Virus record (IMG/VR): IMGVR_UViG_3300037518_000672
Coordinates: 1-54,656 of that record
Direction: 5' to 3' (one strand)
DNA from: a virus
Taxonomy: Duplodnaviria; Caudoviricetes
Length of the DNA stretch: 54,656 nucleotides
The translations under genes were made by a program, and so were the position numbers. Positions within the stretch are counted from its first letter, which is position 1, and the number at the start of each line of letters is the position of its first letter. Under the pieces are notes generated by a model that saw only the letters and a list, made by a program, of their open reading frames with translations, was not told the origin of the DNA and ran no database searches. Below, piece after piece: positions 27,602 to 37,384 of this stretch.

Positions 27602-28432
27602 TTACGCTCCTCTCTCGATCTCGTAATCCTTAGTTGTGATTCCGGCGGTCAAATCCCCGGCGGTGTGGGTGGCCACCCAATACCGCCCCGTCCATTTGCC
27701 GAAAAGTTTTTTGTTGCCATTCATCCCATACTGGCGAAAATGGCCCCGAACAATGTGGAGACTCCGCCTTTGACCGCTCCTTGGGCCGGGCAAGGTTTCT
27801 CGTTTTTGCCCGACCGCCGATACACGGAGCCGGTGATAGCGGATGTCGAACGCCGGCTTCTTTCCCCGTCGGCGTTTCGGCGGATCAGGATAGGCCGGCA
27901 ATCGTTCGACGTTGCGGCAATTCAAAAAAGTCAGTCCCAAAAGCGAGATTTGGACAAACGTATTCGGGACGATCCCCACTCCTCGACTGGGCATTTCGAT
28001 CACCCAAAAGGCCGGCCCGGTGGCCGTCTGGGGGATTTGGCCGTACTCATCGGCGCACAGGAAGTAGGTGATAGGCGGCCGGGCCGTCTTGAGTGCCGAG
28101 CACAGGACAATCTCATATTGCCATTTGCCCACCCGTCGCGGGGGACCGGTGTTGATGTCGTCCCCGATCACCTGCAAATTTCCGTGGGGGGAACGAGGGA
28201 CGTAATCGACCAGCCGGAAGCTGGTCAGGATGTCCAGGCCGCGATACTCGGCCGGCATCGAGGCGGGCAGGGTGAATCGGGTGGCAAAATGGTCGAACGG
28301 CGGGGCGACAGTGAAGTCCTTCGAGGACCAGGCGTCTTCTTCGCGGGTAGCCAGGTAGTAATCACACACATTTTGGATGTCGAAAAACGTGGCCCGTTCG
28401 ATGTCGCGCACGTAGCGCAGCAGTCTATCCAT
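27602..28432 (-). CDS. Hypothetical phage protein with HIVRGHFR motif
   Basis: ATG 28432 overlaps the upstream stop; C-terminal HxxRGHxR motif. Confidence 0.65.
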   Translation of the reverse strand: MDRLLRYVRDIERATFFDIQNVCDYYLATREEDAWSSKDFTVAPPFDHFATRFTLPASMPAEYRGLDILTSFRLVDYVPRSPHGNLQVIGDDINTGPPRRVGKWQYEIVLCSALKTARPPITYFLCADEYGQIPQTATGPAFWVIEMPSRGVGIVPNTFVQISLLGLTFLNCRNVERLPAYPDPPKRRRGKKPAFDIRYHRLRVSAVGQKRETLPGPRSGQRRSLHIVRGHFRQYGMNGNKKLFGKWTGRYWVATHTAGDLTAGITTKDYEIERGA

Positions 28433-29019
28433 CACGGCACGTCCGGTTCGCACCCGACCGGGTTGACATTTCCCATCCAGCCGGGGCCTGGCCTTGGCTG
28501 GTCGGCCTTGGCCGCAATAAGCTCTGTCACCAGCGGCAGGCAATCCACGCAAAAACGCGCCTCCTGCCCATGCGGGTGGCCGGGATTTTGTTCCCGGTAC
28601 AAGCGCAAGCCAAACAGAGCGGGCTGCTCCTCCTCCTCGATCTCCGGGATTTGGTCGCCGCAAACCGAGCAGCGACAATCCGGGTGGCCGAAATCGGGAC
28701 TGTCGTCGAACCAGGTCAGGGCGTAGAACGCCTCGGGGTGGAACTCCAGGCGGTGCTTGAATTTTTCCTCGCTCAACTCGGCCAGCGGGGTCCGGCCTCC
28801 CTCTGCCGGATCAGCCGTACAGACAAAGCGGATTTCCGCGCCGGCATCCGGGCACGGATCGCACAGGACGGCCACAGCCCCGTTGGCCGGCAGGCCGCAT
28901 TCAAAACATTGCCAGCCCGCGCCCGGCGTTGGACTGAGCCGGTTCAGAAAGATGACATTTTGCACATCGTCTCGCCTCTGGCCGCAGGCGCAGCAGGGGC
29001 CAAACTCAAGGTTTGTCAT
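28432..29019 (-). CDS. Cys-rich (Zn-binding) hypothetical protein
   Basis: Multiple CxxC pairs; GAGGAG RBS. Confidence 0.65.
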   Translation of the reverse strand: MTNLEFGPCCACGQRRDDVQNVIFLNRLSPTPGAGWQCFECGLPANGAVAVLCDPCPDAGAEIRFVCTADPAEGGRTPLAELSEEKFKHRLEFHPEAFYALTWFDDSPDFGHPDCRCSVCGDQIPEIEEEEQPALFGLRLYREQNPGHPHGQEARFCVDCLPLVTELIAAKADQPRPGPGWMGNVNPVGCEPDVP

Positions 29020-29341
29020 GGACTGTCTCCTCTCTTGCGATGATTTGATAACCGCGTTTTAGGCGCAACCTTACCAGCCGCTCGGCCAGCTTGCGGGCTG
29101 AAGCCTGGTCCCGGCAATTGGTGACCATAATCCGCTGGCTGCCGCCGATCCGACCCCAAAAGCGAATGACCGCCACCTCCTCGAGGAGCGACGGGCCGAC
29201 CTGTACCAGGTAGAACCGCGCCACGTTTTGGGCAGGATCAACCCGTCGCAACATCACAAAGAGCTCGGGCGGACCCCAGGCCTGCCCCGGATCGCTACCC
29301 AGGGCCGAAGCCGACCCCGGGTCCGCAAGCTTCCCCCTCAT
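29006..29341 (-). CDS. WGR-domain protein
   Basis: NVARFY...FWGRIG...KRGY motifs. Confidence 0.8.
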   Translation of the reverse strand: MRGKLADPGSASALGSDPGQAWGPPELFVMLRRVDPAQNVARFYLVQVGPSLLEEVAVIRFWGRIGGSQRIMVTNCRDQASARKLAERLVRLRLKRGYQIIAREETVHDKP

Positions 29342-29806
29342 AGGCCCTCCCCCGAAAAATAACTACCTTGATCTTAGCACAGTTTTTTACTTAGCCAACA
29401 GCTCGCGGATTGGCCTCGTCCGTTTTCGGCGGCGGCAAATTTTTTAGGTCAACCGGCGCGGCGGCTTGACCGGGTGCGGCCCGCGCCGATTGCGACCACT
29501 GCCGCGTGGCTTGATGGGTATGAGCGGTCCCTGTTATTCAGCGGCTGGTGTTTCTCTTCTAAAAAAAGGGGATTAATTTTCTACATAAAGATCTTCTATA
29601 TTCTACTTCTACATGGGCCCCATTCTGACATCCTTTGGCAGTAAATCGGAGGGGTAAAAACATCCGTTAGCCCCGCCCAGGCTAAGGGTTTGGGGCTAGA
29701 TAACAGAACCAACCGTACAGGTTGGCAACAGGTGCGGCACAAAAAAAGAGGCTTTTAGGAGGATTTATCCTAAAAAACGCGGAAACATGGCAGCATTTTG
29801 AAAAGA

Positions 29807-30358
29807 TTATTGCGAAATAAAATCAGTCAGAAGGGGATTTTTAGGGGGGGAGCCATGTAGCTCCCGGTATTCGCGCCAGCCGGGGAGGTGTAACATCAGC
29901 GAGGCTGATTGCCAGCGTTGCCATTCGTTATATGCCAAACCAAATTTCTCCTCTCCCCAGGTCTCGAGCCAGAGCTTATGCTCCTCCTGGAGATGATCGT
30001 TGAGTTTGTCCACCTGGATCGGGGTGAGCAGGGGGAGATTGCGCCAAGCTTGAATTGTGGCTCTATTTGTATCAGAGATTTCGATTGCCAGCAAGTTGGC
30101 GTCGTACAGGCGATGGATCAGGCCCGTATTCCAATAGCGGCAGCGCCCGCCGGCATCAGCTGAGGGCTGCCAATCGCAGGGTGAATAACATTCGCAGCAG
30201 GCCGGAATCAACTGCCCCAAGATGCGATAGATCTCTGAGTTGTGGCACTCATAAAAGCCGCCGGCGAGAGTTTTGTGATTGTTGCCCCCCAGGGCCTGGA
30301 GCAGCTTCCGGTAGCTAATCTTGAGGGGAGGCGTCCAGTGATAAAAATATCCTTTCTT
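29807..30358 (-). pseudogene. 5'-truncated paralog of the initiator C-terminal domain
   Basis: Open frame extends beyond the listed TTG to a stop at 30361-30359; shares WTPP, GG..EC..S, CC, C.(H/Y)W..GL and IQ.WR.LP.LTP.QV..LN with 30663-31766. Confidence 0.6.
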
Positions 30359-30660
30359 TTAGTTTTTAAAGTCTAGTTTTTCTTATTTAAAAGGGGCCAA
30401 ATTTAAGCCGGTTCCGTATCAAATCGAAGGGCATTTGATACGGGTTCAATTCAACCCGGCCACTTATGTAGACGGCTCCGGCTACATATTAATACGGTTC
30501 CGACAGCGGCGGGCAAAAAAAAAGTGACTGTCGGGTTGACAGTCACTTGAGAGGAATTCTGTACGGTACCGTACAGAATTCCTCGAAATTTCCCCAGATA
30601 CGGGAAATTCTGTACGTTGACGTACAGAATTTTTTTAAAGTAACTACCGCATGGTAGTCA
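30341..30660. other. Candidate replication origin: AT-rich tract plus palindrome cluster
   Basis: Inverted repeat 30522-30548, perfect 34-bp palindrome 30551-30584, related palindrome 30605-30632, AT-rich 30341-30400; adjacent to the initiator gene. Confidence 0.6.
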
Positions 30661-30662
30661 CT

Positions 30663-31766
30663 CTAAAGGAATTCTTCATCCTTGAGGGCCTGGCTGGCCT
30701 GGTAGTGGGGGTTGCGATTGGCGTGCCGGAGGAAGGTTTGCCACCGTTCGCGCTGTGAAAAATTGTGCTTGACAACCGGCTGATCATGCGTTGGCAGGAG
30801 CGGCACAATATTCTCGACCGTGATCCCCTTGAAAAATCCCCAACTGGGAATGTTGAACTTGCGGCCATAGCCGGCGATCCATTCTTCGTAGCGACCCTGA
30901 ATGACCGGGTTGAGCAGCCTCACCTGGTGGGGGGTCAGCACCGGCAACATGCGCCAGGTCTGGATCGAGAAATTATAGGAACGGGCCGGGTCCTCGAACT
31001 CGATGGTGACCAATTGCCACCGATCCAAAATCTCCAGCAGGCCGATTCGCCAGTGCATGCATTTCAGGCCGCAGCCGACCAGTCGGTGCGCCTTGAAGCG
31101 CAGTAGCTCGTAGCGCGGGTTGCTACAGCAGTGGGCCGGGTCTGTAAGCGGCTCGCCGTCTGCACGCCGGTTTTTGGATTGGGTACACTCCTCCTCGTCG
31201 CCCCCGATGTAGCGGGGGTGGCTGCGATTCAACTTGCCGGTCAGGGCGGTCATGTTGTGCTTGGCCGGTGGGGTCCACCAGTGGGCCGGGTTGTCCAGGC
31301 TGCTGGTGTCTTCGCTGACCAGGTAGAGCCACAACGCAAAAGCCGGCCCCAGCAAGAATTGCCAAAATTGGCTGGTGTGGTGTGGGATACCAGTATACCC
31401 CGGATTGCCCCGGCCGTAAAATGCGGCGTACCAATCCACGCCGGCCACCACCTCATCGGCGGCGGATCGCTCCGGCTCATCCGGGCCGCGCTCTGTTGGC
31501 GCTTCCTGGGTGGTGGCTGGCCGGGCCACAAACTCCAGGGCGATCTCCCGCCCGGCGATGCTGTCCAGGGTGCGGGCGATGCCGGCCCGCAGCACTTCCC
31601 GGCCTTGCAGCCACTCGGCCGCGGCCGCGCCGGTGGCGATCCAGTAGGTATTTTCACCGACTTCCACGACCTGGCTGCCAGCCAGCATAAAGTCAAAGGT
31701 GGCCTGGGTTATCTGTAGCTTGTGTTGCTCTAGGGTTTTGGCCCACAGTATTTCAGCTTGCTGCAT
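30663..31766 (-). CDS. Putative replication initiator with DnaA N-terminal domain
   Basis: LWAKTLEQHKLQITQATFD...AAEWLQGR...LEFV resembles DnaA domain I; no AAA+ motifs. Confidence 0.65.
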   Translation of the reverse strand: MQQAEILWAKTLEQHKLQITQATFDFMLAGSQVVEVGENTYWIATGAAAAEWLQGREVLRAGIARTLDSIAGREIALEFVARPATTQEAPTERGPDEPERSAADEVVAGVDWYAAFYGRGNPGYTGIPHHTSQFWQFLLGPAFALWLYLVSEDTSSLDNPAHWWTPPAKHNMTALTGKLNRSHPRYIGGDEEECTQSKNRRADGEPLTDPAHCCSNPRYELLRFKAHRLVGCGLKCMHWRIGLLEILDRWQLVTIEFEDPARSYNFSIQTWRMLPVLTPHQVRLLNPVIQGRYEEWIAGYGRKFNIPSWGFFKGITVENIVPLLPTHDQPVVKHNFSQRERWQTFLRHANRNPHYQASQALKDEEFL

Positions 31767-31875
31767 TTTAGGCTCCTGCTGGTGGTCTTTTTCGAGACAG
31801 TGGGTAGCGTGCTTGCTATGCGAATGTCTCTATTTGCATAGTCTGCATCCAGAATAACCTGCACTTTTTGGTTGG

Positions 31876-32256
31876 TCAAGAGGGCCCGGCAGACGGGCCC
31901 TCTTGACTTTTGCCCCACAATTTGCCCTCAGCCCACAGTCGGTAGCTCTCATCCTCTCGTACCTGGTCGGCGTTGTAGCAGGCCACACAAATCGGTTCAT
32001 CCAAGTTCGGATGACCTTCGGGGGTGGTATCAAAAAACATGGTATCCGGCAAAAGCTCCTTCCCGCAGCGCCGGCAGAAAATCCCAGGGGGATGGTCGCG
32101 CTGCTGGGCTACAGCCAAGATTGCGCGTTTTGCGACCGGCGACAATTTGTTCCATTCCGCCAGTATTTTTAATCCTTGCTGGCGAGTAAGTTCAATGCCA
32201 AGCTCCGACTTTACTCTTTGTTGCCATTGTTCGATCTTCAACGGGTCGAGCATCAC
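31876..32256 (-). CDS. Hypothetical Zn-finger protein
   Basis: CRRC...CVAC; GGAGG RBS. Confidence 0.6.
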   Translation of the reverse strand: MMLDPLKIEQWQQRVKSELGIELTRQQGLKILAEWNKLSPVAKRAILAVAQQRDHPPGIFCRRCGKELLPDTMFFDTTPEGHPNLDEPICVACYNADQVREDESYRLWAEGKLWGKSQEGPSAGPS

Positions 32257-32633
32257 TCCACCTCCAGGGCCAGATCGAGGCCGGCCAGCAGCGCCTCGAT
32301 CTCCTCGCTGGTATCCACCGGGGCGGGCCTCCCGCCCGCCCCGATAGTCCGGCCATCGAGGGCGCTATCTACCGCGGCCTCGATGATCTGACGTAGTTGG
32401 CCCAGCGCCCCGGCCAGGCTGTCCTCGATCACACCGCGAATGGCCTCCGGGTCGATGGCCGGCTGGCCGCGCTCGGCCTCGATCTCCCGATAGATAGCCT
32501 GGCGAATGGCCCCCGAGTTACTTTTTTTCGACTTTAGCCACTCGATGATCTTCCGGTCATGTTCCCGGTCGATCAGGATGGTGGTTATCTGGGCTTTCTT
32601 GGCCCGTTCCTTGTAGCTCAATTTTTTTGGCAC
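32253..32633 (-). CDS. ParR/StbB-like DNA-binding adaptor (RHH-like)
   Basis: Directly downstream of the ParM-like gene; DRKIIEWL...SGAIRQAI; acidic C-terminal helix. Confidence 0.6.
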   Translation of the reverse strand: MPKKLSYKERAKKAQITTILIDREHDRKIIEWLKSKKSNSGAIRQAIYREIEAERGQPAIDPEAIRGVIEDSLAGALGQLRQIIEAAVDSALDGRTIGAGGRPAPVDTSEEIEALLAGLDLALEVE

Positions 32634-32662
32634 GTTGTCGCCTCCATGACTGCTTAAACGTC

Positions 32663-33730
32663 TCATGACTTTTTCTTGAACACGCGGTTCGCCCGCTTGA
32701 GGGCTCCCCAGGCGATGCTGGCCACCGGATCGCTCGGAATGTGGGCGGTGGGGTAGTGGCGCAGGATCGAGCCGCGATAGGCGGCGGACCCGCCCCCGGC
32801 AAAGATGATTTTGTAGAATTGGCGGCCGTTGCCCCAGTGACCGCTGAGGAACTCACTGGCGTCAGACCATAGCTCTTGCAGGGCCTGCTCGACGATGGCC
32901 GACAGGTCGACGTCGCCGGCAGCGCAGGCGTGAAACACTGCCCCGGTTTTGAGGTAGGCCCGCATCAGGCTGTCGGCCTCGTGCAGGCTGACCTCAACCT
33001 GGTGCGTCTGACGCAGGTGGGCCGAGATAGCCCGGGCCACCCGGTGCATGCCCAGATCGCGGCCGGCGGTGTAGCGCTCGGCGATCTCGCCGCCCTCGAT
33101 CCCAAACAGGTCGAGGGTCTTAAAGCCGATGTCGGCCACGGCCACCGGTTTGCGCAGGGCCTCGCGGTCGCGGATCCACTCGCCCTGCCAGTTCATCCCC
33201 CAGTCGAGGTAGGCACAAACCGGCTGCGAGACAGCCTTGATGCGGGCGATGTCGGTGGCCACCGGCCGGCCATCGATGCTGAACTGGTGCGGCCCGCCCA
33301 GCCAGCCGCTGAGGGTGCGCAGGGTGGAGCGGGCCAGCTCCGCGTTCTGGGTGATCTCCACCGGCAGGCAGACCATCAGGTCCGTCTGGGTGGAGCGGCC
33401 ATTGAGGCTGGTGCCCAGGGCGGCGTAGATCAGAGCCCGGTTAAACAGGCCCTCGCTGAGCCGGCTGAAACCCAGGTCCTCGATGGGCCGGGTGTGGCGG
33501 TAGACGTTCTCGCCGACCAGGTAGCTGTAGTCCTCCCAGGCCACCTGATAGGGCCGGGTTTTTCGCTGCCGGCGGCCCAGGCCCATCGCGCTCAGATCGC
33601 CCAGCCCGCCCAGCCCGGCCACGCTGGGGATGATTTGGGTTTGGGCCTGGCCCTGCTCGTTCAGCCAGGCTGTTTTCATGCTGCTGAAGGCCACGTCAAT
33701 GGCCCGTTTGACTCTAGTGGTGTCCATCAT
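32663..33730 (-). CDS. ParM/StbA-family actin-like ATPase
   Basis: AIDVAFSSMK, IIPSVAG, VADIGFKTLD and IFAGGGS actin-fold motifs. Confidence 0.85.
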   Translation of the reverse strand: MMDTTRVKRAIDVAFSSMKTAWLNEQGQAQTQIIPSVAGLGGLGDLSAMGLGRRQRKTRPYQVAWEDYSYLVGENVYRHTRPIEDLGFSRLSEGLFNRALIYAALGTSLNGRSTQTDLMVCLPVEITQNAELARSTLRTLSGWLGGPHQFSIDGRPVATDIARIKAVSQPVCAYLDWGMNWQGEWIRDREALRKPVAVADIGFKTLDLFGIEGGEIAERYTAGRDLGMHRVARAISAHLRQTHQVEVSLHEADSLMRAYLKTGAVFHACAAGDVDLSAIVEQALQELWSDASEFLSGHWGNGRQFYKIIFAGGGSAAYRGSILRHYPTAHIPSDPVASIAWGALKRANRVFKKKS

Positions 33731-33768
33731 TTTTTCCTTTCCAAGGTGTTTTTGAAATTTTCTTTTCG

Positions 33769-34605
33769 CTAGGAGGCACGCGGCTCCGGGAATACAGCGG
33801 GCTTCGCAATGGTGAAGCCGGCCGCGTTTCGATGGCCACCACCGCCGTACATTTTGGCGATTTCGGCCACGTCCACGCCCTCGCTGTTTGACCGCAAAGA
33901 AAAAACCCTCTTGCCGTCACCCGTATCAAAATACAGCGCGGCGAACGGATTTCCTTTGGCGAGCTCGTTGCCAAGCTCACTGATCAAATGAGTGCAATTG
34001 ACACAAGGAACGGTATAGCCGCCGATTTCTATCGTTTGTATCTCTTGCGCCAGGCTCATCTCGATTTGCCGTTGCTGATAACGCAGAATGGCAACCCCTT
34101 CGGCCTTGAGCTTTTCGAGGCCGAGGCCGGTCATAAACTCGTCCCATACCTCGAAAAACGGCTTGTACGACCGGAGTGCCGCGCTCACCTCCTGAGATTG
34201 CGGCAATTCCCAGCGCCACAAATCGCGGTCCTGGAGATAAAAAAACAGTTCCGGCGGAGGCGTTTGAGGAAAAAGGTACTCCCAAGTGAGGATACAACCC
34301 GCTTTGTCCTCATCGAAAATGCAAAAATCCAGGTCGGCTAATTGCGCCTGGCTGGTTTTATGATGGTCAACCACGATTAGAGATTTCGCTTTTTTGCGCA
34401 TCCTCAAAAGGACATTGCGAGGAAAACTAAAATCAACAATGTAGACATCCAGGTCAGTCACATCCGGGGCAGCATCGCCATACTGAACAGTCTGGAATTT
34501 AGCAGTATTCAATTTTCCTTGCTCTTTCAAGTACTCGCGAACAGCGTGAGCCGCACCAAGTCCATCCGTGCAATTACGATGGTATAAGCACAAAGCGCTC
34601 ATCAT
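33769..34605 (-). CDS. DHH/DHHA1 family phosphoesterase
   Basis: YHRNCTDG, VDFSF, VDHHKT, FSLRS, GGGGHRNAAGF. Confidence 0.9.
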   Translation of the reverse strand: MMSALCLYHRNCTDGLGAAHAVREYLKEQGKLNTAKFQTVQYGDAAPDVTDLDVYIVDFSFPRNVLLRMRKKAKSLIVVDHHKTSQAQLADLDFCIFDEDKAGCILTWEYLFPQTPPPELFFYLQDRDLWRWELPQSQEVSAALRSYKPFFEVWDEFMTGLGLEKLKAEGVAILRYQQRQIEMSLAQEIQTIEIGGYTVPCVNCTHLISELGNELAKGNPFAALYFDTGDGKRVFSLRSNSEGVDVAEIAKMYGGGGHRNAAGFTIAKPAVFPEPRAS

Positions 34606-34630
34606 TTTTTTCCTTTCAAATTTTTGATAG

Positions 34631-35047
34631 TCAATCGTTGTCGTCGTCGTCGTCGTAGAAGTCGTCGCCGTCGGCCCCCTCGAAGGGGATTAGCCCGATG
34701 TCTCCAACGAAGCTCATCAGCTCGGCCAAGTCCGTCGAGCTAACAGTTACGCCGTCGGCCAGGATGGGCAGCCCGGTCGCGTCCAGATCGGCCTCGACTT
34801 CGGCCGGCGGAAAATTAAATTTCTCGGCGATGGCCGAGACGAGCCTGGCCCGCTGCTCGGTGCTCAGCGCCTCCAGGTCGGCCATGTAGACCAGCGCCCC
34901 AGGGAGGCCGGGCAGGTTGACCGAGATCGGATGCATGCTTTGGATGGGGGCGGTATCGCCCCCGAAGACAGCATGCCACGCCGCGACCCGCTCCGGGTCA
35001 GTTGTCCGAGCTACGGTCTGCCAATTTCCAGGTGTATTGTTTCCCAT
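34631..35047 (-). CDS. Hypothetical protein with acidic tail
   Basis: AAGGAG RBS. Confidence 0.65.
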   Translation of the reverse strand: MGNNTPGNWQTVARTTDPERVAAWHAVFGGDTAPIQSMHPISVNLPGLPGALVYMADLEALSTEQRARLVSAIAEKFNFPPAEVEADLDATGLPILADGVTVSSTDLAELMSFVGDIGLIPFEGADGDDFYDDDDDND

Positions 35048-35081
35048 AAAAACTCCTTTCTTTGGGAACGTTCCAATTTTT

Positions 35082-35384
35082 CTAGGGCCAGCCGGCCGCC
35101 CGGGCGGCCTCGAACTCGGCCTCGGTCAGTTGGCGGGCGGCCTCGCAGATATTGAACAGGCCCAGCTCGCCCCACGCGCACCACCGCGAATGGGCCCGCA
35201 CCAGGAAAAAGCCGGGGCCAGGGACCGGCTGCAAAATGCAGCCGTAGACGTTGGGGCAGGTGAAGGTGTGGTCGCCCACCTGGCCTAGCGGGGCCTCGAT
35301 CAGATAGTAATCGCCGACCGCCAGGGCCTCTTGCCAGGGCTGCGGCTCCAGCCGTTCGCCGGTGATCAGGTTGACAAACTCCAT
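35082..35384 (-). CDS. Hypothetical protein
   Basis: GGGAGG RBS before ATG 35384. Confidence 0.6.
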   Translation of the reverse strand: MEFVNLITGERLEPQPWQEALAVGDYYLIEAPLGQVGDHTFTCPNVYGCILQPVPGPGFFLVRAHSRWCAWGELGLFNICEAARQLTEAEFEAARAAGWP

Positions 35385-35451
35385 AAAAACCTCCCTTTTT
35401 TCGAGAGCTGGTTGGCTGGGATCCCACCACCGCCCCAGCCCAGGGTTTTGG

Positions 35452-36201
35452 TTAAATATGCTCAAAGCGGGCGTTAAAATCCCCGGTGGGGGAGTCCGGC
35501 CGATACAGGACCGGCGGGCCGAAATCGGCCAGGAGGGCCAGGTCGACGGCGTTCAGATTGGGGTAATCGGCCAGATTGACCGTCCGGTCATCGACCAAAA
35601 TACCCGCCCGCAGCAGCCAGGGCTTGACGGCGTTAGCCACGTTGCTCTGCTCCCCCAGCGCCTTGCTCTCGTTGAGCAGCCGCAGCTCGCCAACCGAGCG
35701 GCGGCTCCAGGGCTCGGCCCGGGTTTGCAGGTTGCCCTGCTCATCGATGCTCTGATAAGCCCGGCTCATCGCCAATTTAACGGCCATGTAGAGCCGGCTC
35801 TGCTCGCGGGTCATCCGGGCGGCGGCCAGGGGCGAGATCTGTTGGGCCTGATTTTGGCGGGCCTGCTCCGCCTGTGTCCGCAACCGCTCGATCTCCACCC
35901 GGGCCTCCAGGACATCGCGCAGGAACGCCCGGGCGACCAGGGTGGCGATGGCCAGCACTACCAGCAGCCCGACGACAAAGATCAGCCCGTTGGCCAACTG
36001 TCGCTCCGGCTGGGCCAGGCCGGCCTGGGCCAGCAGGAACACCCCGCCGTACCAGCCGAAGACCACCGTCAGGCAGGCGATGCCGAACAGGACCAGGAAG
36101 ACCGGCGCATTCGAGCTAGAGTTGTGGTTGTGGATCACCGTCTCCCTCGGGATTGCCGGCGGCGGAACCGCCACCTGCCTCATTCTCCGGCGTCGAAACA
36201 T
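35452..36201 (-). CDS. Two-TM membrane protein
   Basis: GGAGG RBS; two hydrophobic helices followed by a soluble domain. Confidence 0.65.
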   Translation of the reverse strand: MFRRRRMRQVAVPPPAIPRETVIHNHNSSSNAPVFLVLFGIACLTVVFGWYGGVFLLAQAGLAQPERQLANGLIFVVGLLVVLAIATLVARAFLRDVLEARVEIERLRTQAEQARQNQAQQISPLAAARMTREQSRLYMAVKLAMSRAYQSIDEQGNLQTRAEPWSRRSVGELRLLNESKALGEQSNVANAVKPWLLRAGILVDDRTVNLADYPNLNAVDLALLADFGPPVLYRPDSPTGDFNARFEHI

Positions 36202-36470
36202 CGCCACACCTCCCCGGCCAGATCCACCGCCCCGGCCAAGCTCTCCTTGACCCAGCCCAGGCCGCCGACCAGCCCGCGCCACAGCCGGGCCAGGCTGGCA
36301 TCGAGAGCCAGCACCAGCACCTGCAGCCAGAAGGCCGCGAACGCCAGCCACCACAGCGCCTCGTCGCTAAAGTAGACCGAGGTCTGAAACATATTCTGCC
36401 CGATCAGCGCTCCGGACTGTTGACTGGTGACGGTGACGGTGTAGGTGACCGCCTGCATGCGGCGTTTCAT
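36180..36470 (-). CDS. Small membrane protein
   Basis: ATGA overlap; hydrophobic segment. Confidence 0.5.
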   Translation of the reverse strand: MKRRMQAVTYTVTVTSQQSGALIGQNMFQTSVYFSDEALWWLAFAAFWLQVLVLALDASLARLWRGLVGGLGWVKESLAGAVDLAGEVWRCFDAGE

Positions 36471-36676
36471 TTGGCCAGCCGCCGGCTTGGCTGCTCGACC
36501 AAAATGAAGGCACTCGACCGGCCCGCCATCTCGCGGGCGAAAGCGTGGCCCAGGCCGCAGGCGGTGGCCACCGCGCTCAGGGCCTCGCCATAGTCCGGCC
36601 GGGCCAGGGCCAGGGCCAGCAGCAGGTCCAATAGTTCCGGGTTGGTTTTCAGTCCGATCATGGTCTCGCTTCTCAT
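36467..36676 (-). CDS. Hypothetical protein
   Basis: ATGA overlaps at both ends. Confidence 0.5.
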   Translation of the reverse strand: MRSETMIGLKTNPELLDLLLALALARPDYGEALSAVATACGLGHAFAREMAGRSSAFILVEQPSRRLAK

Positions 36677-36882
36677 GGGATCCCCCTCGCCACGGCGGAA
36701 ATCTCCGCCGCGATTTCGTCGATGACTTTATCGGGCACGCCGCTCCAGTCTCGGTCGATGCGGTGCCGGTCCAAAATAGACTGCCAGAGTACCAGGCTCA
36801 TGCCCGGCGCCAGATGCGCCTGGCCGAGGCGGAGCAGCTTGGTCGCCCGGCTAATCGGTCGCTTGCGCTTGGCGGTACTCAA
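36673..36882 (-). CDS. Hypothetical protein
   Basis: Operon packing. Confidence 0.5.
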   Translation of the reverse strand: MSTAKRKRPISRATKLLRLGQAHLAPGMSLVLWQSILDRHRIDRDWSGVPDKVIDEIAAEISAVARGIP

Positions 36883-37384
36883 TCCATGCCTCTTTGCCTA
36901 ATGCGGTCAGATGCCAACGATCAACCCCACCGCTCTCGATGTAGCCGTTTTTCTCCAGGGACCGCAGCGTGGTCAGGCTGAACCCGTGTCGAGTATCGTG
37001 CGCCCCCCGGTGGAGGGCGCCACCGGTATTGGCCATAAACCTCAACACCTTGGCCCTGGCCGGGCTGATCCACTCCACTTTGTGCAGGCCGCGCCCGATG
37101 CGCAGGAGCAGGTTCAGCCCCTCGTCCGAAATAAAGATCGGGCGCGAGCCGATCCGCTCGTCTCGCGGCGGACCGATGAGCAGGCGGCGATCAATCAACT
37201 TATGCAACGAGACGGCGGGGTTGCCGGAGATTTTTTTGAGGGCCTGCTGGTGGGCAGGCTGCTGCCAAAAGAGAGACTTTGCATCCCGCACCAGGCACAG
37301 GGTCCGGTACGCGACCTCGTTGAGGCCGTACTCGTCCAGTAGGGCCTGGGTGGGTATCAGTTGCAGTTGCTGGAATTTAGGCAT
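36851..37384 (-). CDS. Tandem winged-helix-like DNA-binding protein
   Basis: Two wHTH-like endings (ISDEG; LEKNGYI...LTALG). Confidence 0.55.
   Translation of the reverse strand: MPKFQQLQLIPTQALLDEYGLNEVAYRTLCLVRDAKSLFWQQPAHQQALKKISGNPAVSLHKLIDRRLLIGPPRDERIGSRPIFISDEGLNLLLRIGRGLHKVEWISPARAKVLRFMANTGGALHRGAHDTRHGFSLTTLRSLEKNGYIESGGVDRWHLTALGKEAWIEYRQAQATD

Noticed and set aside
27506-28726. Long antisense ORFs (this 406-aa example, 35362-36375, 42983-43909 and others)
   Set aside because: Shadows of high-GC genes on the opposite strand, with no RBS or domain motifs.
30551-30584. Protelomerase target site (linear plasmid prophage)
   Set aside because: No protelomerase-like ORF recognised; both recombinases have ordinary Xer/Int motifs; a related second palindrome is nearby.
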